Assembly (NCBI GenBank): GCA_018396995.1 | Contig: JAGTQB010000007.1 | Span: 10,170-74,169 of the forward strand | DNA length: 64,000 nucleotides | Origin: Candidatus Bathyarchaeota archaeon | GTDB lineage: Archaea > Thermoproteota > Bathyarchaeia > Bathyarchaeales > DTEX01 | Direction of reading: 5' to 3' | Shown: positions 63,629 to 64,000 of the stretch, piece by piece | How the letters are laid out: each line of letters opens with the position of its first letter | How positions within the stretch are numbered: position 1 is the stretch's first letter | Position numbers and translations under genes: made by a program | The notes under the pieces: model-generated | The model's input: the letters and a program-made list of their open reading frames with translations, nothing else | What the model was told of the DNA's origin: nothing | Databases searched by the model: none

Positions 63629-64000
63629 TGGTTGGCGGATGAATCTTAATCATGATTATGCAGTAAACCTCCTTAAAGGAATGCTTGAAATATATAGCCC
63701 AAGTGGCTCCGAGGAAGAAATATCCCTTTTTCTTGCAGATGAAATGAGAAAGAGGGGTTTCGATAGGGTATGGCGGAATAGGGTTGGGAATGTCTATGGT
63801 GAGGTTGGCTCCGGCAGACCAACAGTCCTGCTTTGCGGGCACATAGATACAGTGCCAGGGAGAATTCCAGTAAGGGTTGAGGGCGAAAGAATATATGGAA
63901 GAGGGGCTGTCGACGCCAAGTCTTCCCTGGCGGCGATGTTGAATGCCGCCATTTTACTAAAGGAGAGTAACTTAAAGGGGAAAGTTATTGTTGCTGGGGT
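63621..64000 (+). CDS. lysK: [LysW]-lysine/ornithine hydrolase (ArgE/LysK, M20 peptidase), 3' end outside window
   Basis: Open frame from ATG 63621 (or ATG 63639) to the window edge: ...[26 protein letters not shown]...[12 protein letters not shown]...GRGAVDAK. These are M20-family metal-binding motifs. Overlaps the lysJ stop by 8 nt if 63621 is used. Confidence 0.8.
   Translation, partial: MASGWRMNLNHDYAVNLLKGMLEIYSPSGSEEEISLFLADEMRKRGFDRVWRNRVGNVYGEVGSGRPTVLLCGHIDTVPGRIPVRVEGERIYGRGAVDAKSSLAAMLNAAILLKESNLKGKVIVAG

Noticed and set aside
1-64000. Search by eye for CRISPR arrays, tRNA/rRNA genes, IS elements, integrases, toxin-antitoxin pairs and obvious defence islands
   Set aside because: I saw no regularly spaced direct repeats, no tRNA-like GC-rich cloverleaf segments in intergenic spacers, and no transposase or integrase motifs. 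The PLD-nuclease, macro-domain and transglutaminase-like genes (29268-32530) are neighbours. They lack operon structure or partner genes typical of known defence systems, so I do not call them a system.

Overview
Densely coding archaeal chromosomal window, both strands used. It carries archaeal/eukaryotic-type ribosomal proteins (S4e, S6e, L19e, L32e, L35Ae), aIF5B, ABCE1, Elp3, GINS-MCM-Hel308 and a short-form XPF. An intact reverse gyrase implies a thermophile or hyperthermophile. A TACK/Thermoproteota-like (possibly Bathyarchaeia-like) affiliation is only an inference from gene content. I found no rRNA, tRNA, CRISPR array, transposase or integrase. Main blocks: (1) housekeeping genes thrB, rtcB, XPF, reverse gyrase and ABCE1; (2) a complete CODH/ACS operon cdhABCDE followed by cooC, ferredoxin, cooC and a Pat-like ADP-forming acetyl-CoA synthetase-GNAT fusion, with a convergent cooT-cooC pair; (3) elp3, glyS, endA, rps6e and infB; (4) a second acetyl-CoA module: a DRTGG/Pta-N-like protein, ACD and a divergent CoA-transferase-GNAT fusion; (5) a ribosomal protein cluster from L22 to L18, including an unlisted TTG-start S14; (6) a MoaD/SAMP-like protein and GINS-MCM-Hel308; (7) an Lrp regulator plus the LysW-carrier amino acid pathway lysWXYZJK. 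Most noteworthy observations: three conserved genes whose conserved N-termini have no ATG/GTG/TTG available (ABCE1 and Fap7 both fit an ATT start in a shared GGATATTA context; LysW has no canonical start in frame at all); a near-pure-purine Lys/Glu micro-ORF enclosed by a 9-bp inverted repeat just upstream of ABCE1; two different acetyl-CoA enzymes fused to paralogous Pat-type GNAT domains; an expanded Ni-maturation set (three CooC paralogs plus a CooT candidate); an apparently circularly permuted MscL; and a candidate C/D box sRNA downstream of rps6e. All functional calls rest on motif and sequence recognition by eye. No database search was run.
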